A stretch of 64,000 nt of DNA from the NCBI GenBank assembly GCA_021613535.1, contig CP075492.1, positions 3,348,001 through 3,412,000 of the forward strand, given 5' to 3'. Below are positions 1 to 14,544 of this stretch, in pieces (within the stretch, counting starts at the first letter, position 1; every line of letters starts with the position of its first letter). Position numbers and translations under genes: made by a program. Source of the stretch: Adineta vaga (lineage: Eukaryota > Animalia > Rotifera). Under the pieces are notes generated by a model, which was not told the origin of the DNA, did no database searches, and worked only from the letters and a program-made list of their open reading frames with translations.

Positions 1-3000
1 TTTTGTCTACATACCACTAACAGAATCATTATAAGGTTCAGCAACTTGTCCAAATACTTTCCATATACCCCAATTGAATAAATCTCGTAATAATTGCCAA
101 TTCCATAATTCACTACTATCCACGATTATTCTTGGAATTTGTAATGATGTATTATCCGATGCATTTGGCCAAAGAATTTGTGAATTCGTTGTTAAAAGTG
201 CCCAAGACGAAACCGAAAAACCAAAAAGAATAATAAGAATAAAACAGACAAAGATCATCATCGCATCTTTTGTCTAAAAGAAACAATTATTAAATGAATT
301 TTTATAATCTTCAATATAATTTCACCATTTCATAGATCATTGTTAATTTTGGTCCTAATTGTTTCGATGTAGCAAAGAAGAACAGTATTCGAATATACCA
401 AATGACACAAGAAATCGACATGAATATTCTATATAAAAAAAGATAATCAAGATCTTTGGACAAAGAGACAAGTTTGTACTCCATACACCATAAGTTTTCT
501 TTTCAATCTCTCGGTACTCTCGATGAATAGGTGATCTGAACTGACATAAGAAGGATTAGAAAAAGCATGTTTCTGACAGACGAGATATATGAAACGCGTT
601 CTCTAACCGTTCGCCTTGATCTGGACGTTCACTCCGGAAAGAGAAAGAAATAACTTACTTTGACCAAATGAAAAATATTCGTTGTTCAGACCATCGCGTA
701 CCAAATGCTAATAAATAGAAAAGTATACCAGCTTGATCCATCCAATTCCATGAATTTGTACTATAATTATAATTCATTAGAAGTTGTGAAATAAACTAAA
801 GATAAATAATTCATTTTCAAAAATTCCAAAGAAAGAAAAACAAACTTGATATAATTCATCAATAATTAAACTCCACATACAAATATGTAAGATTAATTCT
901 GTGAATGAAATTGGTAAATTAAAATATCTATAATGATATTCCATATCAACATTGAATGGAAAATAGCCAACCAAAAGAATATAACTGAATACGAATAAAA
1001 AAGCAACGAAAAATACCTAAGTAAAAGAAATGAAAGAAAAGAATTTTCATTGAATTGATGCAAAACATCTTGTTTTTACTAAATTATTATAAAAACGTAT
1101 CACTGGTGCTTGATAAAACCATTTGATTCGTTTTAAATTATTTGAAATACTCCATCGATTTGATAAACCATCTTTTGGTGTTGCTACTTTATAAACAACA
1201 GTTGCTTCATAAGGATTCGATGAATTCGATTTCTTGAAAACATTTAAACAAAAACAAAAATTCTCAAATCATTCATTTTCATTTGTAATTACCGTTTTAG
1301 AATTATTTAAACTATTCTTAAATAAAGATGGACATAAAATTGGTAAAATTGGTATTAACGGAAAAAGTAATGCAGCAAATTTAATCTATAACGAAAGAAA
1401 ATAAAGACAAAATCTTTTCATTGAAATCTTTTTAACAAACCCAAAAAGTCGCCGAAATATTTAATAATCTTTGTTGATAATTAAATCGATGATACCACAT
1501 GATTTCTAAATGTTTTTGTATTGTATCACTTGCAAGAAATATTCGACAATTAGCACGTTGGGCAATATCCAATGGAAAACAATTATAAAATGTTGATGCT
1601 TTACATTCAAGTAATTTCAATGCAAAATCTTTATCTGTCGATAAACATTTATCAATAATCATTCGAGAATGTTGATCAAATTCTCTACAAAAAAGGAAAA
1701 TAATCATCAAATACGAAGAAAAAGAAATTTACTCGGCTGTATTTTCTAAACATCGTTTATTTTTTCTCACAATTTTTTCAGCTGAACTATAAATTTCAAC
1801 AGCAAGAAGACTTGCAACTATTTGATTCTAAAGAAAAATAATTTTCAATAAATATGAATAATTCAAATTACAATTCGTTTTACTCGACTTCTTGAACAAA
1901 GATATTTGGCAATTGCGGGTTTATTCATAAATATAAACCAAAGATAAAGTGCTTCAGTTTTTCTTCCATCGAATATTTTTGATAATGAAAGAAAATTTCG
2001 ATGAGTTTTATCTTCATTTAAATAATCTTTTGTTACATAATGATCGATATATTCTCGAAGATAATTATTATATTTTTCTTCAAGATATTTCTTCAATTCA
2101 TGAATTTTATTTTCATAATTAAATAAACTTAAATCAATTTTAGATTTAGTCAAAATTAGTGCATCATCATTCTTAAAAGAAGACAAAAATGTTTTTTATC
2201 AAATTTCTTCAATTTACTTTACCATTGTTTTAACACAGATAATAATCAATTGTTCGTCAGTTAAATCGTCAATTGATGCTCCATATTGCATTAATAAACT
2301 TACAAATGATGCATTATTTCGATATAAAGCTTCGAATAATAATTGTTGCATTAATGGAATTATCTAAAACAAAAAGAAAATTCTTTAAATAAATGATGAT
2401 TTCAATTTGTTTTTCATTTACTTGATTATTATTATCTGTTGACGTCGTATTTTCATCATTACGATCAACAAGTAGTTTTTGTGCATAATCACTTTTGTTC
2501 CAAACCTGAGAAAAATTTTTGTGAAAATGAAATGAAAATTCGAAATGAATTTTTACCATTGACCAGATGAGATCGGCTCTTCGAGTATCCGGAGTAAAGA
2601 AATGTTCCCAATTTTCTTCTCGATATTTAATTCCTTTCAACATTGCATCAGCAATTGAATCTTCAAGTTTTGTATGTTCAATCGCATCAAAAATGATTAC
2701 AAGTTCGTCCATTTCATTGAGAATATTCACATATTTTTCAATTTCTTCATCCGGATCAATAATTTCATCATTTTCAAGACAAAGTTTTTTCAATTCAATT
2801 TTACATTCTCCAATATATGTTCGTTTCCGAAATTGTCCTAATTCATCATTGGGAGATAATTTTCGACAAAGTTGAGCAATTATATCCGCAATACCACCAG
2901 TATTCTTTAAAGAAAAATATTTCAAATCTTAATCTTCCAACAAACTTTTCCAGTCTCGTTCTCTTATTCGAATGGGAAGTAGAAAAATCGACTTATTTTA

Positions 3001-4563
3001 GAACTTTTCGCCTTAGACATTCGAGCCTTTAAAAGAGTTAATTTTGTTAGCATCAACGGCTCTTGCGTTATGACGTAAAATTCTATTCACTATACATAAT
3101 GCGTGTTGTATTATCGATCATCTTGAGGTCATTGTGACCTTCTCCTGTTCCTTTGTTCTATTTTTTTTTTCATTTATGATATAGAAATGAAATGACATAC
3201 TCGAACAACGACAACTGGTGTTCCTGCTGCTAAACCTTTTCCTATCATTGCTAATGTTGAGAAGTCGCCACCGATTGATAACATTATAATTGGAATATCA
3301 TGATCAGGTACTAAAAAATGAAGAAGTTTTTCTTTTTTTTTTATAAAATGATGAAGAATAATAAGAATCTTACACGGAATTTTTGATGGATAATTCAATA
3401 TGGGAGATTTTAAAATTCTATTAATACTTAATTCATGTTCGATTTCTTGTCGTTTATATAAAATATTTGTCCTATCTATAGATTGATCATTAAATAAAAT
3501 AAAATGTGTATGATTTGGTTGAAGTTTTCTATGAATATATGATCTATTCGATAATGTATTAGTTCTCATAATATATGTATGAATTGACGAATATTCATTG
3601 TCCAACTATAAAACGAAACATCAAGAATAAAGAAAAAATAACTGAAAATTCATTTACAAAAGATCGAATTTCATTATTAATTGAAACTCTTGTAAATTGT
3701 TCGATTAATAAATCATCACCTAATGACGAATTCCAATTTGAAAATCCTAGACATGGAATATCATGTCCACAAATATCTTTATGTAAAGCATTTCCAATTA
3801 ATTTCATCATATCATCATTCTTACAATCGGTTGTTATCCATGGATCTAAAAGATTTTCATTTATTAATCAAAATCGATTTGATTTGGCAAATTTTTACTT
3901 GTAATTTTTGCCATTGCAGTAAGACCGGATTGAATTGCACGTTCTGTTTCGGTTTTAATTCCGGATTTTTGTTTATGTAAATCGTTTTCATTAATTGCAC
4001 TTGTTCGAATTGATAGAATGAAATCAGGAGCTGGAAGTTGACATGCTTCAAGATATTTTCCGATTGCTAATGGTCTCGTACTAGGTGCAAGATGAATAAA
4101 CTTGAAAAAGAAAGCTATTTTAGTATTTGTTTAAAAGAAAAGAAAATTTTACTAATGGAAAACGATCATTTTCATCATTAGAATCAATATTTTGATAATT
4201 TTCATTGTAATTTTTAAATTCTAAAAATCCAAAATGTGCTGCTTCACTAAATAAATAATCAATCATAGAAATTGTTCATTGATTTTCAAATTATTTACTC
4301 GGATTCATCTTGAAATTTAATTGTCAATGTTTTAATTGCCTAAAAAGAAAGTCGAATTCTCAAAACTTTTGAATTATTTCGTTTGAAAATCAACTTACAT
4401 TTTTCACACGTCGATGTAAATCCGATTCGATCGACTGCTCTTCAGTTAAATCTAAATATATTCTCATATTTTTATTGAAAACAATACAAATGAATTTACC
4501 TCGTGATTTTCCATGTATTGTATTTGTTCGTAATGGATCATTTTCATCCAATTTCGAAATCAT
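1..4563 (-). CDS. TRPM-like cation channel (SLOG/MHR N-terminus and TM region), multi-exon, 3' end outside the window
   Basis: Exons carry TRPM motifs: LQPNHTHFILFND, GGDFSTLAMIGKGLAAGTPVVVV, NTGGIADIIA, LYLWFIFMNKPAIAKYL, IQKHLEIMW, pore-region LFNWGIWKVFGQV. Short GT-AG introns. Start ATG at 4563 is tentative. Confidence 0.85.
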
Positions 4564-5544
4564 TTTTCATCAAATCTAAAATCAACGAAGTATCATTTTC
4601 AATTCTTGATTATACAACAAAAAAGAAAAAGAAAAGCACCTTGAGTGATACATACTCGTTTTGATCACATTCGAGACGCAAAATCAATCAGGTAGAAAAA
4701 TGTGATTTTTTTCTACTATACATTTCGAACGAATGATATGATATTAGAATAGAGAGCGTTGTGATATTATTATCATCGAGATTTATTTGACAAAAAAAAA
4801 ATGAAATGATCATCCACGAGTCAGAATTCAATATGAAGTATTTGACTGACTGAATAAATTTGTTTTAATGAGCAAGAAAACAATGTATGTTAAAAGGTAT
4901 AGTGCACTGTTTTGTGTTTATGCGAAAATGTAAAAGAACGAAAAACAACGTGCGTAGATATTTCTTAATTTTATCAATAATTTGATGAAAAAATATAATT
5001 AATGTATTCCAACGATTGAAAGAATGATTAGATACTCTATATATATCATTTGTATCATTAGGATTTTATTAGAGATAGAAAAATCATACGACTAGTAAAC
5101 ACATCACTATCAGAATCTTAGTTTTATACTAAAATGGATTTATTAGTTATTGAAAAAAAAGAATAGATGGGTGAGTTATAGTTTTATTTCCATGTTTAAG
5201 TAATGTTAATTGCTAATACCATAATTCGCGAACAACTTCAGATTCTTCGAATCAGACCTGCTTCTTCTTTTTTATCCATAAGATTATAAAGAAAAGCATC
5301 TGTAGAAGACTTGAGTAAACTTGTGAATACCATATTCATTTGTATAAATACAAATACTATCGAAAATACGATTGAAATTGGTTTTTCACTGCAATCACAG
5401 TTCGAGCGATATCACCATGAAATATATTAATTAAGAAATTTCTCAATGCCGAACCTATCCAAAAAGGATTAAATAATTGATTCATAAGTTATTTGATTAA
5501 TTTGAATATTTTTCAATTTGAAATAATTCCACTAACGCACATGT

Positions 5545-5650
5545 TACCCAAGAAGACAAAATTTCGGAAAAATGCATGTAAACGTACAAAAAAAGTGTAT
5601 GAATTTTGTAAGTTCGCATGCGTTTTTCCCAAATCTTGTCTGCTTGGATA
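5545..5650. mobile_element. MITE-like foldback element (~105 bp)
   Basis: Left arm TACCCAAGAAGACAAAATTTCGGAAAAATGCATGTAAACGTACAAAA matches the reverse complement of the right arm (TATCCAAGCAGACAAGATTTGGGAAAAACGCATGCGAACTTACAAAA); TA at both ends. Confidence 0.65.
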
Positions 5651-6944
5651 GTATAATTAAACTATAAGATCAATTTTTCTGATTGACAAAACAATGTACT
5701 GCTCATCAGAGTCTAGATTAACTTGGAAAATTAAAGATTATATGAGGAAAGTTGACGAGTTATAGAAACTGAAGAAAATGTTGCTGCGCTAAAAATTCTT
5801 TTGGAGAAGAATTCAGAATAATGTCTTGCAGCTGTGTTAGAGAGAATAGGGAATCAGAATAGAATGAAATTTTCTTAGAATATCGGATGGAAAAAATTTC
5901 TCGAAGTATTTACTTTTCTGACTAGTTTTTGCAGAACATATCGCGTTTGAGTTGAGTGTCACATCTTGGAAATTTCCAAATAACAAAAAATCGTTCTGTA
6001 GAATAACAACAACAAGAAAGAAAAGAATTTTCAAAGCACAGCGAAAACACGGATGTTTCTTTCAAATTATTCTATTGGGTAAACACTCTCTTTATTATAA
6101 AATCATTGCAAATAATACCAACAAATTCCGAAAAGTCGCATACTGCTCTTTCTCTCTCTCGTTATCACTGTTTTGGAAGATTTTTACACGTAAATGTCTT
6201 TTGATCAACATCAAGATCTAATTATTTTAGAGGAGTGCCAGTCGTATTCATTAATTTTTGACTATCTACACATTTATGAAATCGACAATATTCTAAAGTG
6301 CGTATATCGATGATCTGTAAACGTTTTATTTTGTTTCTCAATTTTTAAAAGAAAAAAAATATATAATGTTTATGAAAGATATAAAGGATTAACATCATTC
6401 GTACTATTTACATTACGAATTTCAAATCGGCGTCAATTCGATCCTGTTGAAATATTTCATTGGTTTTGAACATTACAAACAACTGAATTGATATCCAAAA
6501 ACAAGATTTTTTCTCGTATCGTAATAATTAGTGTACTGCAGATGTCGCTACTATTCTAAATGAATAAAATATTTGATTAAATTTTCATATAAATAGTATA
6601 TTACAATCAATTCAATCGTATACCACGTGGTGTTTACCTTTAATTTGATCAAGTATGACATATATGTGAATACGAAATTACCCTACCTATTCAATCGAAG
6701 GACAGATTTGCTTCTGAGTATTTTTTTTCTTTTTCTACACTATTCGACTTTCTTTTTTTTCTTGGAGAAAAACAAATTAATTTCAATTCTTTATGTAATT
6801 TTTTACGTAATTTCTGTAGAAATACTTAAAAGAGTGGTATCTAAATAATTATTGTATTCATTATTTGGATTATAAAGAAAAAAATGCACTCTTTTTATTT
6901 GTATTCTAAAAAAATATTGAATATTCATATGCAACTTTTTCGTC

Positions 6945-8070
6945 TTATGCAGTGCAATATCGTAAACTGCAAAATTCTGTATCAATTAAAAGAAAAACAT
7001 AGAAAGTATCACAATGAGTAATTAATATTGTATTTGACCATAAACATGAATCACTCGACCATGAATAGCAAATAGTACCATTGACTGTTATACCAGCTGA
7101 TGCTGGATAAGAATCTCTATACCAACCAGGTGCATCAGTACCACAATAATAATGACCTGGATCATAGGTAATGATACGTGTTCCAGCTGGACTTAAAAAA
7201 CGAATCCATTCGCCTGTAGTTCCAAATATAGATTGATCACAATCAGAATTGCTGTTTGAATAACCAGCATTACGTGTAGAATCTGTATTTGTTGTGTAAC
7301 TGAGACATTGACTTGGAAGAGCAATTGAAGTTGCTAAGAAAATTTATTAAAAGGTTGTAAAAGTCTTAAGATTATCAGTGTCTTACTTGATGTGGTTGCG
7401 GATGTCGTAGTTGTTGTTGTCGTTGCTGTAGAGGTTGAAGATGTCGTGGAAGTTGTCACCGTTGTTGTTGTTGTTACTGATGTTGTTGATGTCGTTGCCG
7501 TAGAAGTTGAGGATGTCGTGAAAGTTGTCACCGTTGTTGATGTTGTTACTGATGTTGTTGATGTCGTTGCCGTGGAAGTTGAGGACGTTGTGGAAGTTGT
7601 CACCGTTGTTGTTGTCGTTGTTGTGTCTGATGCTATTTAAAAATAAGTAAAATTAATATCATCTATCGTAATTTCGAACAACATTTCCGTAAGACTCTCG
7701 ATCGATTTGTTAAAACTGAAATGGCATACAACTTTTAACTTAAAATCAATACAAACTAGTAGAAGTTGTTGAAGTTGTTGTCGATGTTGTTTCACTTGTT
7801 GTAGAAGTGGTAGTACTAGTCGTAACTGTACTTGTCATTGATTTTTGTGAATCTAAATGCAATATTAAATATAAAATAAAGATCATAGATTCGTTTAAAA
7901 CCTTGAATATATTGTGTAGTAATAACTCCCAAAGTAATTCCAGCACAAAGTGCACCAATAATCAATCCACTTAAACATGGTTTCCAAAATCCTGCTCGAC
8001 ATCTTTTCGGCGTGTCTTCACCGCTTTCCTCATCAATATTCCATTCTCCTGTTTGATTATTTTCATTCAT
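6945..8070 (-). CDS. Type II membrane protein with Thr/Ser-rich stalk and C-terminal UMOD/GP2/OIT3-like D8C domain (4 exons)
   Basis: Exon 1 has a TM segment (LIIGALCAGITLGVI). Exons 2-3 are Thr-rich. Last exon (~7333-6945) reads LPSQCLSYTT..CDQ..WIRF..CGTDAPGW..GTICY..CLWS..ITHC..FYVFLL..FCSLRYCTA*. Confidence 0.8.
7400..7625 (-). repeat. Coding tandem repeat, 72-nt period, about 3 copies (Thr/Ser-rich mucin-like unit)
   Basis: GTCACCGTTGTTG recurs at about 7455, 7527 and 7599. Confidence 0.8.
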
Positions 8071-8303
8071 TCGATAAAAAAAAAATCTTCAATCTTCTTC
8101 TGAAATTTCGTTCGATATAAATGAAGAATTCATATTAAACGAAACCCAACTTATCCATGAATAATAACATATTAATAAGAAAAAACACCATGGACAAATA
8201 AAATTGATTGAATAAAATCATCTCTATGAATTCTCAATATTTGTCTTTAGAAAGAATGTTTTTTTTTTGAAACTTATGTATTTTGTAATTCTTTGCAAAC
8301 ACC

Positions 8304-9252
8304 CCTAGTCGAACATCTTGTAAGCAAGATCTTGACCAAGATCTTGGGTACAGATAAGTGAACAGATCTTGAAAATTTAGGTACAGATATTTCAATTATC
8401 TTGTACATAAGATCTTTGGTACAGATTGTAAAGATCTTATGTAGGATCTTTCATTATCTTACGTATACCTTTTCAAGATCTTAGCTAGCGATAATTAATA
8501 TCTTAACTGTAAGATTTTGTATTCGCTGCGATATCATTTTATTTTCATCATGTAAAATTAAACTTTACAGAAAAATAATCATTATTTCAAAAACTTATAC
8601 AAATATATTTACATCTGACAATTAAAACAAACCACATACAATAATACATACATAAAGAACGCATAGAATACAAAATTAGAAAAAAAATATTAAATAAAAA
8701 ATAAAAACGATAAATCTTCGCTAATTTTGAATTGAATTAACCTTCGTCATACAAATACATTTCCGCACTCGATGAAAACAAGATGATAAAAATCGTTTGA
8801 TCGAATTAATTATATCTAGAATAAATATTAGACAGTTCATGAATATCTGAAAAAAAGACAGTAAATTATCATTGATAGACGTGTATTAGATTATTTAACA
8901 AAGTTTTAAAACATTATCCATCGAATGAATATGAAGATTTGTTTTCTATATTCTTGTGTCTATTTATGTCAACATGAAAACGGTATGAATAATTTATTTT
9001 CAATATATTTTATATTTCATATGATTTATATATGCTTTTAAGCAATTAATTAGATTTTTTTTCATTATTTTGATATATTAATGGTGTCGCTTTAGTCTTT
9101 TCAAGATCTTACAAGATAATTTTCAGTTTGAATTGCTACAAGCTTGAGATCTTTCACAGATTTTCTTGATCTTTACAGATCTTTTTAAGATATGTATTTT
9201 TCATAAAAGCAATTTTTTGTTTCAAGAAATTTATCTGATTGTTCTACTCGAA
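8304..9252. mobile_element. Putative non-autonomous DNA transposon with AGATCT-rich subterminal repeats
   Basis: Dense (A)AGATCTT motifs at 8325-8485 and 9100-9195; weak inverted ends CCTAGTCGAACA / TGTTCTACTCG; non-coding AT-rich interior. Confidence 0.4.
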
Positions 9253-9433
9253 TAGTTTTGTTTTTTAATCTGCTTCCGATCGAAAATAATTCTTTACTTA
9301 CTTTTTTGCAGATTTTATTTATTTTACTTTACTCCTTTTTTTTCTTTTGCAATAATTATATTGTTATTTTGTTAATCATTTGTAATAATATCGTGTTTCG
9401 ATTTTTCATACAAATATGAATTTTTTTGTTTTC

Positions 9434-9707
9434 TGTTGTAGAAGTGGTAGTACTAGTCGTAACTGTACTTGTCATTGATTTTTGTGAATCTAAATGCAAT
9501 ATTAAATATAAAATAAAGATCATAGATTCGTTTAAAACCTTGAATATATTGTGTAGTAATAACTCCCAAAGTAATTCCAGCACAAAGTGCACCAATAATC
9601 AATCCACTTAAACATGGATTCCAAAATCCTGCTCGACATCTTTTCGGCGTATCTTCACCACCTTCTTCATCAATATTCCATTCTCCTATTTGATTATTTT
9701 CAATCAT
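9434..9707 (-). pseudogene. Truncated tandem duplicate of exon 1, intron 1 and part of exon 2 of the 6945-8070 gene
   Basis: Near-identical to 7798-8070 including the intron; similarity stops abruptly after TTSTTTE; no stalk or D8C exon follows. Confidence 0.8.
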
Positions 9708-10377
9708 TTGAAAATCAAAACGAGTTTTTTTTCGCTATAAGAATGATGAATGAACTCAATAGACTAAAAATATCTTAATAAAATTCAGTTTGTATTTCTT
9801 CTTATTATTCAAAAATTGACAAAAACAAAACTATTTGTACAGTATTTTTTTATTTGAAAAGACCTACAATAATTAATTGAATCGAATCACAAGATTTGGT
9901 TTGCATTTTACGAAGAATTATAAGAACATTTCTATATACGCATGAAAGAATTGATCATGATTGCATACCTTTGATAATAGAATAACAAAGAATTTTCATT
10001 TTATATTGAGGTATCATGATGAAGAACTATGTATTTTTGAATAAACAAATTAGATTGAATAAATTTATTAGAGAAGAAAATCGAAAAAGGATGGAATTGA
10101 GAAGAAAAGAAAATTTTTTGCTTATCATATTTCAAGGTAAAGTAACTAAGTGCAAATCAACGACTGTTCTACTCTATTAGTTTCTTTTGAATGCGAGTAA
10201 TGCGTGTTTGTATTTACCTATTTATCAATTTGATTTTTCTTTCTCCGCTTCATATCTTATTTGCAATAAGATATTTACATACAAACAATGTTTTCTTTTT
10301 GAAATACATCATTTATTCGTATGCATTTTTAGATTTTTGATCGATAAAATTCGAAAAAAAAGTTTTTCTAAATCGTC

Positions 10378-12549
10378 ATGGAAAAAGGTGTTTTTGACGA
10401 TCCCAATCCGATTTATTTATATTCCGATGGAGAAATTACTCAATTCGAAGAAGTAGCTGGTACTTGTTCAAATAAAGATAATTTCGATGAAGATTGTTGC
10501 ACAATTCGAAGTATTTCTATCGGAACTATTTTTGTCGTTGGTATTTCATATCTTCATCAATGGACAAAATATACTTATAGTAATACTTATATTAGTCCAA
10601 TTTTGAGTATTATATTATCATATCCGTTTGGTCATTTATGGACATGGATTGTTCCAAATTCGACGAAATTTACTCAAAAAGAACATGGATTGATTCTTAT
10701 TATGACAAATATAGCTTGGATGTATTTTACGGTATTTAATTATGCAACATCAGCAACAATACCTTTATTAGAATATGATAATCGAAATTTTGTTCATTAT
10801 TTTTTTCTTGTTGTTGCACTTCAATTTATCGGATTTGGCCTTGCTGGTAAGTATAGTTTTTCAATATGTGTGCCTGTTACATGAGTAAAGATAAAAAAAT
10901 ATATTAAAACGTTTTTTTTTACTCTTCTCTAAGGTATTATGCGACGATTTTTAGTATGGCCAACTGAAATAATTTGGCCACAAAATTTACCCTTAATCGC
11001 TATATTACGTACATTACATGAAAATCAATTACCTGCCATACATTTTTATAACAATAATAAAACAATTCAAAAATTGAAGAAATATTTCTTTGAAAATAAA
11101 TTGAAATTTTTCATTCTTATCACAATAGTTACATTTATATATGAATGGTTTCCACTTTATATCTTATCTGTCTTATCAGTCTTTTCCTGGATGTGTTTAT
11201 TCAAACGAAATAATTATCTACTTGCACAATTAACATCTGTTCGTGGTTTAGCATTAGGTGCAGGAGGTTTAACATTAGATTGGTCACAAATAACAATGTA
11301 TCTTGGTTCACCACTTATCGTTCCTCGATGGGCAATTATTAATATTACATTTGGTTTTGTTTTAATCATTTGGTTTATTGTTCCCATTGTTTATGGATCT
11401 AATGTACGAAATATTAATGATAATCCTATCGGTGGAATAATGTTTCCAGGATTAACATCGATGAGTCTTGTAACAGCATTTACTTCATTTGCTTGTCTTC
11501 CAGCTGTATTTGTTCATATGATATTATATCATTCGATAGATCTTTGGAATCAATTAAGAACGAAAAATTTAAATAATATGGGAAATGATATGCATGCACG
11601 ATTAATGTCATTATATAAGAAAGTTCCAGATTGGTGGTATTTAATATTATTTTGTATTTCATTAATAATTATTTGTGTTCTTTGTGATTATAATAAATGG
11701 TTAAAATGGTATTTGGTTTTATTATCTCTTGCAATCAATGCATGTCTTGTTCTACCATTTGGTCTTCTATCATCAATAACTGGACAATTTCTTCATAATG
11801 CACCTGTTTATTATCTTGGTGTAATTATAGCTCAAGGTTTATCATTAGGTCAAGAATCTCGTGAAAGTTATACTTATTTAACAGTAGGTTATGTTTTATT
11901 TGTTCAAACTCTTTCATTAATTCAAGATATGAAATTAGGTCATTATTTAAAAATTGGTCATCGTTCATTATTTTTTGCTCAATGTTTATCAAGTCTAATT
12001 TGTTCATCAGTTAGTATTGGTATTCAATATATGTATTATAAAGAGTATGGATTAAATAATGAATTTGATTCAAGTTTTTCAATATTTGATTATACATTAT
12101 TAGGTGGAAGTATTTTTACTGATAAAAATGGTTTCTTTTCCGATGTAAATTCAGAAAATCGAAAATTACTTTGGGGTTTTCTAGTTGGTGCATTTCTACC
12201 CATATTAACATGGTTTTTAGCACAATGGCCACGTTTTTATTGGTTAAAACATTTTCATTGGCCATTAATTTTAATAACAATTAGTTGGATGCCATCACTT
12301 CTATCTGCAGGCGCACTTTGTACATGGATTCTAATTGGTTTAACTGTTTGTTTAACTATTGGAAAATATTCTTTTCTACAAAGACATATTTATTTAACTT
12401 CTGCAGCTTTAGATTTAGGTTTAAATTTAACACAAATTATTATAAGTAACGCATTTATTAATACTGAACGTTTATTTCCAACATGGAAAGGAACACAAAA
12501 CAATAATGGATATGATAGTTGTAAATTAGCTTTAACAACAAAAAAATAA
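10378..12549 (+). CDS. OPT-family oligopeptide transporter (fungal isp4/OPT or plant OPT type), 2 exons; likely horizontally acquired
   Basis: Intron 10847-10933 joins QFIGFGLAG/IMRRFLVWP..IWP. OPT motifs FTQKEH, YEWFP, LTLDWSQI, LGSPL, DMHARLMSLYKKVPDWWY, QDMKLGHYLKI. Confidence 0.9.
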
Positions 12550-12867
12550 ACATCTTGAAGTCAGAACAGAACTTCTGAAGTGTTTACCTTGTAATTGAAG
12601 ACATCGTGTAAATAAAACTTTAACAAAAACAAATATTGAACGTTAAAATCAGAAACTTTTTTGTCTTAAAAAAGATTTCATTTTGCAAAATCATTAACAA
12701 TTCTTCAAGGTCATTCATAAAATAAATTTTTTATCTTACTTTGTTCGACTTTTTTTTCTATGTTATTTAACAAATGTTCTTATTGAAGTTATGTATGCAG
12801 TAATTGAATAAGGAAATAAAAGACTTAAAAAGAGAGTAAAAAATCATCAGGAAATTTCTTGTTCACA

Positions 12868-14544
12868 ATGCTGTTCAATAACAAACTGAAGTTTTATGTA
12901 TTTTTGCTCATTAGTGAACAAATATCAGGTAAGAAATTCAAGTTTTATTCTGAGTTTTAGAGGAATATATCTTATTTTTACGATATGGAATAAGTTCTGG
13001 GAACTCGATCTTCTCGGTCATCCTAACCTTTGTCACCATACCTCTAAATTACTCAAAACGATATTTAATCTAACCCAACACTATAGCAGATAAATTTTTC
13101 GTAATAAATGACTTTTCTTTTGTTTGTTCAGCGGTACCTTTTAATCAACCTCAATTTTCTTCGAGTTCGACATGGAATCCAAATGGAACAACGATTGCAA
13201 ATTTAAGTTCAATTGGAAACAATTCTTTTGATATATTTATTGATAAGAATAATACGATTTATATTCCAAATCAAAATAGTGGACAAATTTTAATTCTGTC
13301 CGATCAAAATCAAACATTAATAAGAAAGATTTCGACTAATTTGTTCAATTCATCAAGTTTATTTGTTACAACAGAAGGTGAAATTTATCTTGATGCGTTT
13401 TATTCTATTGGTGGAGTTAGTAAAATAATGGTTAATTCAATAGTTAGTTCGATTTCACGAATGAATTTATGTCAACAATGTTTTGATATATTTATTGATA
13501 TTAATAATATTCTTTATTCTGCATTCGGTGAACGTCATCAAATTCTCGAAAATCTTTATCAAATGATGAGAGTTATTTAACAATTTTTGCAGGAACAGGT
13601 ACTCAAGGTTCAACATCAACAACACTTTCAAATCCTCGTGGAATATTTGTTGATTCAAATTCAGATTTATATGTTGCAGATTGTGGAAATGATCGAATTC
13701 AGTTATTTCCCTCCGAAAAATTAACTGGAATAACAATTGCTGGAAATGATTCATTGTATTTTCCAGTATCACTCAATTGTCCAACTGATGTTCTATTAGA
13801 TAATGATAAATATTTATTTATTGTTGATTCAAATAATCATCGTATTTTCAGACAAGAATCAAATGGTTTTCAATGTATTATTGGATGTTCAGCTTCATCG
13901 GGCTCAACATCAAATCAATTGTTTCATCCAAGAAATCTTCATTTTGATAGTTATGGAAATATTTTTGTAACTGATTTTGGAAATAATCGAATTCAAAAAT
14001 TTAACGGTGAGGATATATATATATATTAGAGATCTAGTCGAAGTTCTTGTCATATTATTCTTTGTTCCACTATTAGGAACAAATTTGCTTTTATACTAAA
14101 AAATCACTTTCTTTGTTTTCAGTAATTACAACAGTAGTTTCAACACCAACGATATCAACTAATATTACTACGATTCCTCTTCCATCTCAATGTTTCACGG
14201 CAAATGGAATATCAGATAGTACACGAAATGTTGCGCGTGTATCTCAAAGCTATCTGTGTGATTCATCATTAACATCTCGGTGGTATCGTTTTTCTGGTAT
14301 AGGTGGAAGAATGCTCGCAACCTATGCTGTTCCAATCTATCGATGTGATACACATGCACCTGGATGGTTTAATAGTACTCATCCAACTACAGTTGGTGCA
14401 ACTACATCCGGTAATTTTTGTTATAATTGGAATGGAAATAGCTGTCTTTGGTCAAATTCAATATCAGTAACAAATTGTAACTCATATTATGTTTACTATC
14501 TCAATCCGTCGCCAGTCTGTAGTTCACGTTATTGTACAGTTTAA
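12868..14544 (+). pseudogene. Secreted NHL-repeat protein with C-terminal D8C domain; frameshift near 13550
   Basis: Signal exon 12868-12928, large NHL exon (WNPNGTTIA; LSNPRGIFVD..LYVADCGNDRIQ; LNCPTDV..IVDSNNHRI; FDSYGNIFVTDFGNNRIQKF), last exon with D8C. Frame changes at ATTCTCGAAAATCTTTATC; could be a real lesion or an assembly error. Confidence 0.75.

Noticed and set aside
7392-7640. Val-rich + strand ORF
   Set aside because: Antisense shadow of the Thr-rich repeat exon.
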